The translations under genes were made by a program, and so were the position numbers. Source: the human T2T-CHM13v2.0 reference genome, Homo sapiens. From it: a stretch of 64,000 bases of DNA. The notes beneath the pieces are model-generated. The model was not told the origin of the DNA. It did no database searches and was given only the letters and a program-made list of their open reading frames with translations. Below, piece by piece: positions 1 to 17,920 of this stretch (position 1 is the stretch's first letter; each line of letters begins with the position of its first letter). The DNA lies in assembly GCF_009914755.1 (NCBI RefSeq), contig NC_060932.1; one strand, 5' to 3'.

Positions 1-39
1 GATAAATCGGACATTGGCAGAATTGCAAACTTCTTTTCA

Positions 40-1320
<1,281 letters not shown>

Positions 1321-2524
1321 CGGGAAGTGAGGGAAGCTAACCAACTATAATCCAGGTGCTTGATGTTATCTCATTTAATCCTCACAGTAATTTTTATTGA
1401 AGAATATTCAGCAAATATCTTCTGAGATTCTACCATGCTGGTCTCTGTGCCAGGTACTGAGGATAAAGTGGTGAGCAAAAACTATCATGATTTCCACTTA
1501 CCGTCCTGGGCAGTTTATTTGAAAGACAGATACTAGTAAAAAGTGCTCCCCCACCCCCAGAGAAATACTACAAAGAAGGTTCTATGAGAGCATATAATAC
1601 ATTCATCCTTAACATATAATATATGCTGTCATATGATATATAATGAGACACATACTACATAATATACCTTGTATAATATATAAGATGCTTTATGTGCCCT
1701 GGTTTCTTTGTAACTACTACCCCTCTAATGGGGTTTCTCTAACTACTAAGTGAGTTAATACACGTGAAGTGTTTTGACTTGTGCTAGTAGATAGGAAGTG
1801 CCCAGTAAGTGTTGGCTGCTATGAACATTTGACAGTTCTAATTGTCTAATACTGCAGGGGTACACCTATACTAACTCAGGGAACAGTGGAGTAGGACTAC
1901 ATATTGGGGAAGAGATGATAAGTTTGACTAGAAGTGTTGGGTTTTAGCTGCTTTTGAGACATTCAGGTGGAAAATGTCTTGTAGTCAGATGTGGATACTG
2001 GTTGAGTACAACTCTAGATGCTGCAGAGGGCCCTGGGCTGGAGACATACATTTCAGAAAGTGTCCAGCATCTAGACTAGAATTGCCTCAACTGTAGAGAT
2101 CATCATCAAGAAAGGTGCTATACACACACATTCACACACACGCAGAAAGAGAAGAAGGACATAGACCTGGATCTGAGCCTTGAGAAACTACGATTTAATC
2201 AGGGTGCCTTTTTGATCATCATCTCCTCTGTTTAGCATATGATTTTGCTACATTTAGGCCTGACTTCCTTCGTATTCAAGATAAAATAAAGGGAAATAAT
2301 TACGAGTAAAAACAAGCAGTGGAGAAGGTGGTGTCAGGTTCTTGGCAAGTTGATAACAAATGGCCACTAATTTTGACAATTTGTTTCCTTGCAGCTGAGA
2401 GAAAAAGGAAATATGTTTAGCAATATGGATTCCATTTTCCGATGAATAAAGACATACATACTCATCTGCAAAGATAAATTTTGTTTGAAACTAAACTTAA
2501 ATTGTTCTTAAATTTCAAGGATAA

Positions 2525-2859
<335 letters not shown>

Positions 2860-4364
2860 TGACAAGTTGAGAGCGGTCATAGTTTAAAAATGGAAAAAAC
2901 AGATTTTGCAAAATACTTATGATGTTAACTGTCATAGGAAGTTGTTACATTCCTCCTTAGGTACTTAAGTAGCTTGTCTTTCCTGTTAGGCTCTTTACTT
3001 AGAGTTAGTTTGCTTTGACGAGGGGTAGAAGAACTGAGGCCATGGCTTTGCCTGAAGTACAGATAGGTTCTTTATCAAACCCTCTTTTTTATATTTTTGA
3101 CTTTATTCACCCTTGACATAAAAGACAAAGGCTTACTTAGGAACCTGCAACTCTACCAATTTTTAATTTTTACTGTAAAATAAGGGTTTTCTGGAAGACT
3201 AAAAAACACTTTTAAAAAACATGATTTTTTTTTGCGTTTATCTCTAAATCAGACGTTTTGATTGGTTCCATCATTGTTGTATTTGAATTTGAATTTTATT
3301 TATTAATTCAACAGGCATTTATTAAGTCCCTGCTATTGCCAGGAATTTAGTGTATTCTGGCTCTCAGGGTTTCACAGAGAAGAAGATATGATTCTAGCTC
3401 TTCAGGATTTCTCAGTAAGGTGGAGAGGAAAATATGTTATAAAAATGAGGGAGAATACGATGAGTGCGTAGTAGGGGCATTTATAAAGTATAAGTAAGCA
3501 AAGGATATTTCTCATCTGGGATACGGGGGAGAGTCTTGGGAGGTAGGATGGGGTGGGGCAGCAGCTAATACAATCATCCGCAGGAAGGGCGGCCGCATGG
3601 AAAGGGGAAGGTCTAGGTACATTATTTTATTCATACTTTCCAACAGCTGGGTGAAAAGATGTGTCGTGTTCCCACTTTACAGATGAGGAAACTAGTAAGG
3701 GGGTAGAGTCAGAGTTTTAACTGTTGCAGGACTCCAAAGTTTGTGTTCCTTCCTCCATGATCTGGCAGGTCCATCGAATCTCTAGTATCTGATCTCTAGT
3801 CTCAAAGTATACTTTGAATCTCGAATTTTGTGTGTGTGTCCTTTCGTTTGGAGGAATCGTTGTTCCTTCTAGAAGGTAGGATAGTTTTGGATGCTGGGTG
3901 ATGCTACTTTAGAAATTGTGATGATCCTGGACGAAGGGAACAAGGAAAGGAAGCTTGGATCCCTTTATCAGAATTCACTGGACCAACAGGGTGCCCTGAG
4001 CCTGGAACCAAACAGGGTGAAGGTGTTGAAGCTTACATGTGGATTTCTCTTCAAATAGGAGAGCCCAGGTGCACCAGAGCACAGAACATCTTTTCTCCTA
4101 GTGTGACACAATAGAGAGAACATGGTCTTTAGAGTCAAACACAACTAAATTTGAACCCCATCTGCCAGTCGTGCAGCCTTGGGTAAACTACTAACCTCTC
4201 TGTGTATTACTGCCTATCTCATGGGTTGTAGTGAGAATGGAATAAAATGATGTATGAGAAGTGAAAAGCACAACATCAGACTTAGAAGGCACCTTTTCCT
4301 TCCTTTCCTCCTCATCTTCCAACACCTAGGCTCTAGGGAGGTCTCAGTTAAAAGCTAGAATTAT

Positions 4365-4490
4365 GAGCACAGTGGCTCACACTTGTAATCTCAACACTTT
4401 GGGAGGCTAAGGCAGGAGGATTGCTTGAGGCTGGGAGTTTGAGACCAACCTGAACAACATATCAAGACTCCATCTCTACAAAAAATAAAT
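4365..4490 (+). mobile_element. Alu monomer (FLAM-like)
   Basis: Left-arm-only Alu ending in A-run. Confidence 0.8.
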
Positions 4491-5980
4491 TTTTTAAAAG
4501 CTAAATTAGAGAACTTCTATCATATTTTTAGACTGTAGTTTTGATCAGAATTTATCATGACATTATTTCCTTTGATCCTAATAAAAGCTCAGTGAAGTAG
4601 ATAGGGCAGGTATTATTTATAGATGAGAAATGGGGTCCTCTTTCCTATTCCTTGAAATCCTTTGGAAGCCTGTTAGAAGAAAAGATTTTCTGGAACTCTA
4701 AGTAGTATGATAGTGACATCTACTGTAATAGCTTGTATTATTACAATCTTTGAGGAAGCTGCAGTTTAGATAATTTAGCACAATCATCAGGAAGAATTTA
4801 ACAGTTGATTTTATTACCTGCCATTTTGGGGGGAGAGGAGGTATAAAAATGTATCCTTTGATATACTAACAGAAAACCACTTGCATAAAATTATTATAAT
4901 AAAATCTCAATTTTTCCAGAAACCACGATCGCTTAGATCTGGATTACAAAAAGAGGTTTAAAGATGCTATTAGATTTTCTAATAACTGAAAATGTTAAAG
5001 TTCGAGACAGTTTGTGCTAAAAAAAGCTAGATTCGCTAAGTGCGAGAGTATTAACTGGAAGCAACCGGCGATAGGTGGTGATGTGATCCAGGTGTTGTGA
5101 AGAACAGAGACAGGATGACAAGAAGGCAGGATATAGGTCCACGAGATTTCAGCAGGGATTTATTTTTAAAAGCAACTTCTTGAGATAGGTTCTGGAGTTA
5201 GTACAGGTGTAGCCTGAACTCCCACACTTGCAACATTATGCAGTTAGATTGTTGGACATATTGACCCCCGAAATACTTTTTTAAATTTATTTTTTAAAAA
5301 TAAAAATAATTAAAAAAAAAGAGAGACAGGGTCTCGCTATGTTGACCAGGCTGATCTTGAACTCCAGAGCTCAAGTGATCCTCCTGCCTCAGGATCCAAA
5401 AATACTTTTAAAATAAATCCCAAACTCTAAAAGCATTGTCTGCAATGTATTATACTTGGTCATAAGAAGATATAAACAAACTAGTAAGCATTTCTACTAG
5501 GTGTAAAACAAAAAGGTTGTACTTTGAGGATTAATTTGGTATCTAGATTATTCTCTGAATATCCATTTTAAAGTTCACTAAAATTTTATTTTTAATAAAT
5601 TTGCCATGCAATGTTATGTTTTAACTTGTAAATTAAATACATTCTCATAAAAATTTTAAAAATATTTAGTTTTGAAGTATTTCAGATATACAGAAAAATG
5701 TTAAATATTGCCAATTATGTCATCCATGCAGATTTAGCAAGTATGAATATTTTGCTCTATTTGCCTGATTTTTTAAATGAAATCTTACCTACAAAACTAA
5801 AGCTCCTTTCTCCTATGCATATTTTAGTATTTTCTGTAAGTATATATAACTCTGAACACTATATACTATTATGTGTTTTTCAGTTGTGGAAATAGAAACT
5901 CTTACTCTGCTGGCAGGAACTTAAGTTGGTAGGGGCTTTGGAGAACAATTTGGCAATACCCAAAAGAGTTGGCAGTGGTC

Positions 5981-6430
5981 TGTGTCAGTTGTCTCATGCT
6001 GCACAACAAACTACCCCAAACTTAGTGGCTTAAAACAGTGATTTCTTATTTCTCCTAATTCTGTGAGTTGCTGGGGTAGTCCCTCTGCTTGTTTTGCCTG
6101 GACTCATTGATGCAGCCGCATTCAGCTGGGAGATTGGCTGGGCTGGAGGGCTCAAAATGGCCTCAGTCACATGTCTGGTGGTTCATGCTGGTTGTTGGTT
6201 CTCTACATGTGGCCTTATCACTTGCAATAGACTTCCTTATGTGGTAGTCTGAGGGCAGTGGTCCAAGACGCAAGGCCTCTTGAGGTCTGAGCCCTGAACT
6301 CGCATAGTGTGGCTTCCATGCGTTTTGTTGGTCAAACCAAGTCACAAGGCCAGCTCCACCTTTTGATGGAAGGAGTGGCAAAGTCACACTGCATAGGAGC
6401 ATGGAAAGACATCTCGCCTCCATCTTTGAA
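5981..6430. mobile_element. MaLR LTR (MLT1-type)
   Basis: aacaaactaccccaaacttagtggcttaaaac...aagtcacaaggccag characteristic MLT1 text. Confidence 0.7.
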
Positions 6431-8042
6431 GACATATCCTGTAATTCAGCTATTTTACTTTTATCTATCCCAGAAAAAATCTTTCACAGATAGAGAGATA
6501 TGTACACATTGTTCACAGCAGAATTGTTTATAATAGCAAAAAAGTAAAAACAATTTAAGTCATTCCAGGAAGAAGCAGATAATAAATTTTAGTTTATTCA
6601 TATAATGGAATACCATATATCAATTAAAATTAATGATCACTGGATAATTCTAAAAATAGGTTGAATGAAAAAATCAGATTGGAAAAGAATATGATAGTAT
6701 AATAGCCTTAAAGTTCAATATTTGAAGTTTCTTGGGTAGGCTAATGAAGATTTTGCTTTTGCTTCTGTTTTGAAATCAAAACTTATCTTTGGATGGCCTC
6801 ATTAGAGCATGGTGCTTATGAGTAGCTTCCATCCTTGGATGGCCAGTTAAGCTGTGCTGTTCTCTGACCAGACGGGCTGTCACTAAAAAGCTTGTGTTTA
6901 GCTTGTTGGCCATTTGGGAAAGTGTAGCTCTTTCATTTGAGAAGGTGTAGGTAGAGCTGATAAAGGTTTAACTTCATCAGTAATGTTAGAAAAGTCCATA
7001 TACAGTACAGTTTCTTTTTTAAAATTTTTTTTCTAGAATATAGTTTCTTAACATTCATTTAATACCACTGTCTGCATCTGTACCAGGTTTAACCTGCATT
7101 TCTTATCTGTAAATGGGAAGCATGATATTTACCTCGTAGAGGTGTTGGGAAGATGAATTGAGATAATAATGCATTTAAAGCAGTACCTTTTATATGGTAG
7201 ATCCTCTATAAACAGTAGTTAGAAAAATTAACAAGTATATAGGATGGCATCTATGTTAAGTTCACTTTCAATGGTATTGTAGTGAGTAGGTAGCATTGAT
7301 TACCTACTCATAGGTACTTTAAGTAGGTACTTTAATTAAATTTTAGGACTACTGTAATTATGAAAGTCCATTATTAACTATAATACTTTACATTTTAAAG
7401 GAAATTTACATTTATAAACTCTTTTCACATTAATTATCTGATTTTGTTCTCAGGACAACTTTGTAAGATAGTTATATTCAATTTAGAGACATTGAATATT
7501 AGTTTCAGGAGAGGTTAAATAAGCAGTGTTAGCAGAAAGCTTATGTTGGTTCTCATGAAGGCAGATTAAAATGGAAATAATGATACCATAATACTTTGAT
7601 TTTTATCATTTGTGTTTATGTGCTTTACCTACCTAGATTCTGAATAGATTTGTCTCTGTACTTTTTTCCCCCTTCTGTGTGTGTGGGAAGGGGAAGGAGG
7701 AGGAGGAGGAAAAGAGATTATAGAAGAGGGTTAGGTGAATCTTAGTGGGACTCTTTGGAAAGGGAGAACTGCAGCCTGCCTCTCAGATCCAAAAATGTTA
7801 TATTAACGCCACCCTCTCAGCTCCCTATATTTTAAAATAGCCAAGCAGATTGGCAAGATTTTTTTTTTTTCAGATTTGTAAATGTTCGATGGCAACTAAG
7901 TCTATGCATCAAAGATTTGAGGAGATTTCTCTAGGTTGACTATGGATTAGAATTAACCACCAAATTTACTAGCCATGTAGGATTTGCTAAGCCAATGTGA
8001 CAAATTTATTTGGTGACTTCTGTTTATAAATGCATTGATTCA

Positions 8043-8438
<396 letters not shown>

Positions 8439-8793
8439 CTATTGGTGGCTGGTATTTTGGGTAATCTCACTTCTTGGCTAACTCCCGTTAAGGATGTTTT
8501 ATAATGAAAAAAAGTAGGTACTTCACATATTAGGTTTTTATCACCTCACTTTCCTAGTATCATAAATAAATCGTTTTTTCACCATTTGTGTAGATTTATT
8601 TCGAGGTAGGTAAATTTCACTTTGCTTGAGATCCTATGCCAACATTAGATTAGTTTTGAAACAGGTTATATGTTATAACTTCTCCTATGATTCTGAAACA
8701 CTTTAGAAACAAATGATTTTAAATGTGATTTTTTTTATTTGTTTTACATTTCAGAATCTCTCTTGATTTTTGAGGAAATACCTAGTAACAAAC

Positions 8794-8925
8794 ATGACTG
8801 AGTTCTGGCTTATATCTGCTCCTGGGGAGAAAACCTGTCAGCAAACATGGGAGAAATTGCATGCGGCAACTTCAAAGAACAATAATCTTGCTGTCACTTC
8901 CAAGTTCAATATTCCTGACTTAAAG
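8794..8925 (+). CDS. ATP6V1C1: ATP6V1C1 coding exon 1 (gene exon 2; exon begins 8755 with 39 nt 5'UTR)
   Basis: tttcag acceptor ending 8754; aacATGa start; [44 protein letters not shown]; donor AAG|gtgaag. Confidence 0.97.
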
Positions 8926-9463
8926 GTGAAGCTGCACTGTGCAAAATTATATATGAGTTCATCATCCAGGGGAGGGCCAGTTCTCTCTTTTAGTGGAAAT
9001 GAGATACCCAGGTTCCTTCCAAAGAAAACCTCCTCTCCAGCCATTGGCATGATTTAAAATGTGTCTTCTTTGAAATTTTAGAAGTAAACTACCAAATTGA
9101 AATAATGTCTCTCTACTTAGGCTTTTTGTGCTCTTCTAAATTGCAATGAAAAATCTTATGAAAATGTTTGATGTGTTACATTCACAAATATGATTTTCAG
9201 AAATTAAAACTCTTAGTAATATATATTCTTAAATATCATAGTGAAGTTTTTGTTAGTAAATTTATATTATGCTGATTCTTACATTGTAAATGTGTTACCA
9301 TGGCACCTACTTAATCACACTTGGCAAATCTAACCCAGTTATTTAATCCGGTTAATCTATGTAAGATTCACTCTTATCAAAGATCAGTCATCTAGCAGCC
9401 TCAAAGTAAAGCAGGTGTCCAGTAATCAGTTGATGGAACATTTGTAAAGAATGGAAAAGATCA

Positions 9464-9923
<460 letters not shown>

Positions 9924-10292
9924 TTATGCACAGTTTTGCATGCAAATTTAATTACAGACCCTCTAGCGCACATCCGTGGACCTCCTGCTTAAGAGCCTGT
10001 GTTGTAAACTAAGACTTCAAATGATCCAGTGTCATTGAATAGTACAAGCACAGACCTGTCTTTGAGGAGTCTTCAAGTCTTAAGTGGTGCTTATAACCAT
10101 GAATTAAAGGATTATCTTGTACATATAAATAGCTTTGAAATGTCTGGCAAACATCTTTTAACTGTACTTACACATTATGAAATAAAATAGGGAGAATTTA
10201 AGATTTGTGAGAACTTTAGGTCAAGATGAATCATCTTGTTTTTTTTTTTTAAAAAAGCATGCCACCTAAATAACAATATATTTTCCTTTTAG

Positions 10293-10360
10293 GTTGGCAC
10301 GTTGGATGTCTTGGTTGGCTTGTCAGATGAACTGGCTAAACTGGATGCATTTGTAGAAGG
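10293..10360 (+). CDS. ATP6V1C1: ATP6V1C1 exon 3
   Basis: ttttag|GTTGGC...GAAGG|gtaatg; VGTLDVLVGLSDELAKLDAFVEG. Confidence 0.97.
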
Positions 10361-11263
10361 GTAATGTACTTATATGCATGGAGTAGAGCAAAATGGGAGA
10401 CACTATTATCAGGCTTCATGGACACTGGGTTTATTATCACATGTATACTCTGCTTATTGGAATGGTTTTAGAAAACGACTTTTTTCCCTTCGTATATCAA
10501 TTTTATGAAGGTACAATTTACATAAAATGCACCTGTTTGAAATATGAAAATGCTGATTCTCTTTTTACTATCTTTAATGGGATATAGTTTACATGCCATG
10601 CATTTCACCTATTTCAGGTGTACAATTCAGTGATTCTTAGTGTATTCAGACTTGTGTAACCATTGCCACAATCAGTTTTAAATATTTCATCATCCTCTAT
10701 TCCTGTTCCCATTAGCAGTCACTTACCGTCCCCACCACCCACAAATTGTTCTGCCACTATAGATTTGCTTGGTCTGGACATTTCTTGTAAATGGAATACA
10801 ATACGTGGTCTTTTGTGACTGTCTTCTTTTGCTTAGCATAATGTTTTGAAGTTTATCCCAGCAGTTGCATGTATCAGTATTTCATTTCTTTTTATTACTA
10901 ATATTCCACTATATATGTATACATATATATCACATTAATCCGTTCATCAGTTGATGGGCGTTTATTTTGTTTCCACTTTTTGGCTTATAAGAATAATGCT
11001 GCTGTGCATATTTGTGTAGAAGTTTGTGTTCTTAAATGTTTTCATTTTTCTTGGGTATGTACCTAAGAGTGGAATTTCTGGGTCATATGGTAACTCTATG
11101 CTTTGCTTTTTGAGGAACTGACAAACTGTTTCCCAGAGTGGCTGTACCGTGTAATATTCCCGCCGGCAGTGTATGAAGATTCTCATTTCTCTACATCCTT
11201 GCCAGCACTTGTTATTATTTTTATTATTTGTCTTTTTGATTATAGCCATCCCAGGGGGTATGA

Positions 11264-11574
<311 letters not shown>

Positions 11575-11794
11575 GATAATATCTCATTTTTAAAAATTTG
11601 TGTTTCCCTGTTGGCTGATGTGATGTGATGTGTTGAGTATCTTTTCATGTGTTTTTTTGCCATTTGTTTTTCTTCCTTGGAGAAATGTCTATTCAGATCC
11701 TTTGCCCATTTTTAATTGGCTAGCCTTTTTATTATTGAATTGTAGAAGTTCTTTATACAGAATATGCAAGAGATAAATCCCCTATCAGATATAA

Positions 11795-12127
<333 letters not shown>

Positions 12128-13603
12128 ATGTCTTCGTTTTCTTGATTGTATCTGTGAAGCACAAAAGTTTTAAATTTTGATGAAGTCCAATTTATTTTTT
12201 TCTTTTGTTGCTTGTGTTTTTGGCATCATATCTAAGACACCATTGTCTAATCCAGGGTTGTAATGTTTTATGTCTATGTTTTCTTCTAAGAGATTTATAG
12301 TTTTAGCTTTCACAGTGAGGTCTTTGATTCATTTTGAGTTAAGTTTTATGTATGTTGTGAGGTAAGGGTCCAACTTGATTCTTTTGGATGTGAATATCTG
12401 GTTGTCCCAGCACCATTTGTTGAAAAGACTGTTTTTTCCCCTTTGAATTGTCCTGGCACCCTTACTGAAAATCAATTGAACATAAATATGAGGGTTTATT
12501 TCTGGACTCTCAGTTCTGTTTCACTGATCTATGTTTCTCTCCTATGCCAGTACCACATTGTCTTGATTATTGTAACTTTGTAGTAAGTTTTAAAATCAGA
12601 AAGTGTGAATTCTCCAACTTTTTTTTTTTTTTTTTCAAGATTGGCCATTCTGGGTTCTTTGTCTTTTTGTATGAATTTTAGGATCACAGTGTCAAATTTC
12701 TGCAAATAAGTCAGCTGGAATTTTGATGAGGATAGTGTTGAATCTATGTATCAGTTGGGGAGTAGTATCATCCTAATATTATTGTCTTTATCCATGAACA
12801 TCGGATGTTACTCCATTTATTTGAAGATGGTTATGCTTTTGTCTTCAAAATTCAGTTGGAAGAGTTCTTCTAAATTGCAGTTTTTATTACTTTTGAAATT
12901 CAGGTACATGTGTATTTGAGCTGAAAATGGTTATAGGCTCTTTGATAACTGCATTTTGATTAGTTGGCAGAATCAGTCTACAGTTCCTTCAACTCTGGGG
13001 ATACAAAGATTTTATTTTAGAGTTTAGATACACAGGTGTAATTTGTAAAGTACAGAATTTGGAGACTCTCAGAAATGTACATTTGATTGAAGCTTTAAGG
13101 GAATAATAGGCTTGGATAGAAGGGAATTTTTTCTTGAAATCTATCCAGAAGATTTTCTCATTTCTGCTGTTAAAATGCTTTTCTGAATTGATAGAACCAC
13201 CTGAAAGCGATGCTGTGGCAATAGAGACTGAGGTCAGGGTTACAGAGAGAGAGAGAGATCTTTTAATATAACACCATGTAGTGAGGAAGTAAACAGATCT
13301 AAGGATGTATTGATGTTCTTTAATATTGGAGTCAAGAAGGCCACTTAGCAGTTTCACAGTAGGTTAGTTAAGAGATAGTAAAAGCTCAGTTGGGACCAGA
13401 CACTTGGCTCTTAGAATGGAAAGAGAAGATGAAAGGAAAAGCAACTTTTAGGATTATAATTCCATATATTCATATAGAGCAAATTATTATTATGAATTAT
13501 TATAAATATAGTGAAAATAATTATGATGCACTCAAAGCACTAACTGATGGAAAGAATAGTCTCTTGGTTCCTTGCTTATACATTTTTAATTAAGAAAAAA
13601 ATG

Positions 13604-13967
<364 letters not shown>

Positions 13968-14149
13968 CTACCTCATTACAGTTACAAGTTATGACAACCA
14001 AAGAGACACTGAGAAAGGAGGTCCCTGAGAATATAATTATTAACATTTATTTATACCCTTATTAGTCACCTTGATGGCTTTATAGTTCTTTATCTTTAAA
14101 TTGTTAATGGGATGTCCTGAATATAATTTAAAGTTTGCTCAGATTTTAA

Positions 14150-14456
14150 ATTTTATTTATTTTTTTTTCAGAGACAGGGTCTTGGTGTCACCCAGGCTAG
14201 AGTGCAGTGGTGCAATCATAGCTCATTGCATCCTGGAACTCCTGGGCTCAAGCAGTCCTTTTACCTCAGTTTCCTGAGTAGCTAGGACTATAGGCTTGCA
14301 CCACCACACCCAGCTAATTTTTTTATTTTTATTTTTGTGGACATGGAGTCTTGCTATGTTGCCCAGGCTGGTCTCAAACTCTTGGCCTCAAGCGATCCTC
14401 CCACCTCAGCCTCCCAAAATGCTGAGATTTCAGGCATGAGTCACTGTGCCTAGCCA
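14150..14456 (-). mobile_element. AluJ-type
   Basis: Diverged Alu, gctcagatttt target duplication. Confidence 0.88.
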
Positions 14457-15206
14457 GCTCAGATTTTTTAGGGAAGGAATCTGAAAAGTATTAAGGACAA
14501 ATGTAGTTAGTTTGGTGAGTAGAATTTAAAGTTACCTAGGCAGTGTGTCAGCTGTTCTTTTCTTCATTGTTCGGCAAGCACATCTTCTTCAGTCCTCCTG
14601 AATGATAAGAGGAATTTAAAAATCATGTCGTTGTTAGACTTTGGTAGTATTGACAGATGATAGCTTAATGACTTAAATGCTCCAAGTGTTAAAGGCCAAA
14701 TATTGTAGAATATGGTATATGTGGTAAATCATAGTTTGTACTTTCTTAAAAATGTAATCATTAGAGCAGATATTTTTGAGGTGACATTGTGTACATTGAC
14801 ACAGATCCTCTTGTAAATAGGCATACGGAGATCTTGAAGTTCTGGGTTATGCAACATTACGTTTATAAATTTGACACCAGGTGATTCTACACTCTGAAGT
14901 ACTTCTATGGGTAAACATGCAACATTTTAGAATGTTCGTAGCAAATGGTTCTGTTTACAAGATGCTTGCCAAATTTTATGAGAATGATTTGTCCCTTTTG
15001 AAGGAATGGGTGAATTTTGGAGACATAGGCAAGTATATGTATAAACCTCAAGTTAAACATGTTGAAGATTTAGGACTTACATCATTATTTCTGAAATTGT
15101 TCTGATTTTTAGGTTTGAGACCACTCAGCATAGGATTGTCATTTAAATTTAGCTCTTCTGTCACCTTTCCTGGCTCATATTGGCTCTTGTTTAAACTGTT
15201 AACAAG

Positions 15207-15365
15207 CCAGGCTTGTGGCTCACACCTGTAATCCCTCCTGCTTGAGGGGCCAAGGCAAGAGGATCGCTTGAGCCCAGATGTTCAAAGCTGCAATGCACTG
15301 TGATTGCACCACTGCATTCCAACATGGGCAGTAGAGTGAGACTCTCTCTTAAAAAAAAAAAAAAA

Positions 15366-15416
<51 letters not shown>
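15207..15416 (+). repeat. Alu monomer followed by (CA)n microsatellite (~15373-15416)
   Basis: Monomeric Alu with A-tail, then ~22 CA units and a T-run. Confidence 0.88.
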
Positions 15417-15417
<1 letters not shown>

Positions 15418-16173
15418 TTTTTTTTTTAAGGAAAAAAAACCATTACAGGAATTTCTTAATTTGTCTTCCAGTTTCCCCTCCTAGCTGTTGAGCATGTAGT
15501 CATCAGAATACTTGTCCTGAGCCCTGTTTCGACTGTGTTATGTCCCTGTCTAGAGTGTGGCTTCAGAGGCTGTGTATCTGCAATCTGGCATCCCACTTTC
15601 CTAGCCTAAGCTCCCCTACTTCTCGGCCTGCTGCTTCCATCAGTCTGGACTTCTCACCATTCTCTGGATGCCTACTGCTTTTCCACCTCTTATCATGACT
15701 CATAATATGCCCCATGGCAACGATATGCTTTCTTCCCATGTAATCATCCTTGTAAAACCATTTCTGTCCTTCATCGCCCTACTCATGAGCCTTTGGGCTT
15801 TCTTGATTGGGTAGCTGCTAGTGATCCCTTTTTCCTTTCTCTCTCTCTGTCTGCAACCTGGCAATCTCAGCTGGCACTGACCTCAGATTGCTTTGTATTT
15901 AGTAATTTATATATTTTTGGATCTTTACAATGAGATTTTAAGCAATGTGTGAAGGTAGTGATTTTGTCTTGTATGATTTTGAATCCCACCCAGGGCCTAG
16001 AGGCAGACATGGAATAAGGAAGAGAACGCTGGACTCCAAAGTCAGGACAACATGTTTCTAGTCACAGCTCTGCCGTTAACTGGTCTTGTGACTTTGAATA
16101 AGCCACTTATTCTTTTATACCTCAGTGTCTTATAAATGAAAGAACTGACAAGGTCATATGTAGGTGACTTGGT

Positions 16174-16263
16174 TTAGGTTGGTGCAAAAGTAATGGAGTT
16201 TTTGCCATTTTTTTCCCCCCTAAAGTAATGGCCAGAACCACAGTTACTTTTGCACCAACCTAA
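16174..16263. mobile_element. MADE1 (Hsmar1-derived MITE)
   Basis: TTAGGTTGGTGCAAAAGTAA ... TTACTTTTGCACCAACCTAA terminal inverted repeats, TA at right flank. Confidence 0.93.
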
Positions 16264-16822
16264 TAGTTTTGGCATTATGGCTTCCTCTATAGCATAGCTC
16301 CTTGTAAATAGTAGATGCTTAATAAACAGTTAATGAATTAATAATGTAGGACTTAGTTTTTCATCATGACTATTGCTTACGTTCTCTTGCCTGTCAGGTC
16401 CCTTTCTTCCTAAGGGAAAGCACAGTGTCTTGCATGTCATAGGAACATAGTGAATGCTAGTTCTCAGCCTCCTCCTTTGTTCTCAGTCCTTAAATTGTCT
16501 AGTTTCTTGGCATATAAATATATGGCTATTTACAGACTCTTTCTCACTAGCTTCCCATGACTTACTTTCTAGACTAGGAGACACATTGCATGTAGTCTCC
16601 TTAAAACCCTACAGTTACTCTGTTGATTTTTGCATGTAACAAAGTCTTGGTCCATTTTATCCTTAAAACATTATAAGGTAAGATCCATTTATTGTGTATT
16701 ATATGGATAGGTATAATGGGAACATATAGTCAAATTCATGTCTTTATGTAATATGTTCATTGTATAGAATGGAATTTAGATCTTTTTCCTGAGAATGGTT
16801 GTTGATATTTTTTCTTCCCCAG

Positions 16823-16908
16823 AGTGGTTAAGAAAGTAGCTCAATACATGGCTGATGTATTGGAAGATAGCAAAGACAAAGTTCAAGAGAATCTGTTGGC
16901 TAATGGAG
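16823..16908 (+). CDS. ATP6V1C1: ATP6V1C1 exon 4
   Basis: ccccag|AGTGGTT...GGAG|gtaagc; [28 protein letters not shown]. Confidence 0.97.
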
Positions 16909-17567
16909 GTAAGCTAATGCTCATGATTGATCATTATTAACTCATACAAAGCAAATAACTAAGCTACAGAAACAAAAAGTAATGTAAAAAAGTCTACAGA
17001 AAAGGACACTAAATACAATAGAAAGCCATTAAAATACAATTATTATTACTGAATTTGGTGATACTTCCAGGTACATCCTGTTCCCTGAAACATAATCTCA
17101 TAGAAGACAGTCTTACATAATATGTAATATAGCTTATAATATGATGCCAAGTCTCCTGCAAGAGCAGTATTGTAAAGGTTTGTCTTAGTTCTTTCCAGGT
17201 TCTATTTATTCACTCATTTACAAGTAAGTTTCCAAGTTGTATATCTCAGCATTGTTCCAGTTGAATACCTGCTGTCTTATGTAGGTTTTTGTATTTAATA
17301 GTATGTAACTGTTAAAGCTTTAGAACAGAAATTATTAATTTTATTGCAGAATAGTGCCCCCTCAGTATGATTTTGGCATTTCTTTACTTAATACCCGTAA
17401 AATAGCCTACTGACTTCTCTGTAGCTAGAAGCCAGTATTTACATAGAGTTTGCTCTATGTAGTAATGACTTTAGAAAGATGATTCTGACCCCATTGTTGT
17501 CATTTGTACTTGCATTTCTTGTTTTCTTATGAAATGTCATTTTAGCATTTTGCTTCATTTAAAATCA

Positions 17568-17920
<353 letters not shown>

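Noticed and set aside
3575-3610. GC-rich spot with GCGGCCGC as a possible promoter
   Set aside because: Only a few CpGs, no island and no supported exon; the true promoter is upstream of the window.
8770-9057. 95-aa ORF extending the first coding exon
   Set aside because: The TTG start is in the 5'UTR and the tail is read-through past the donor at 8925 into intron; not a separate gene.
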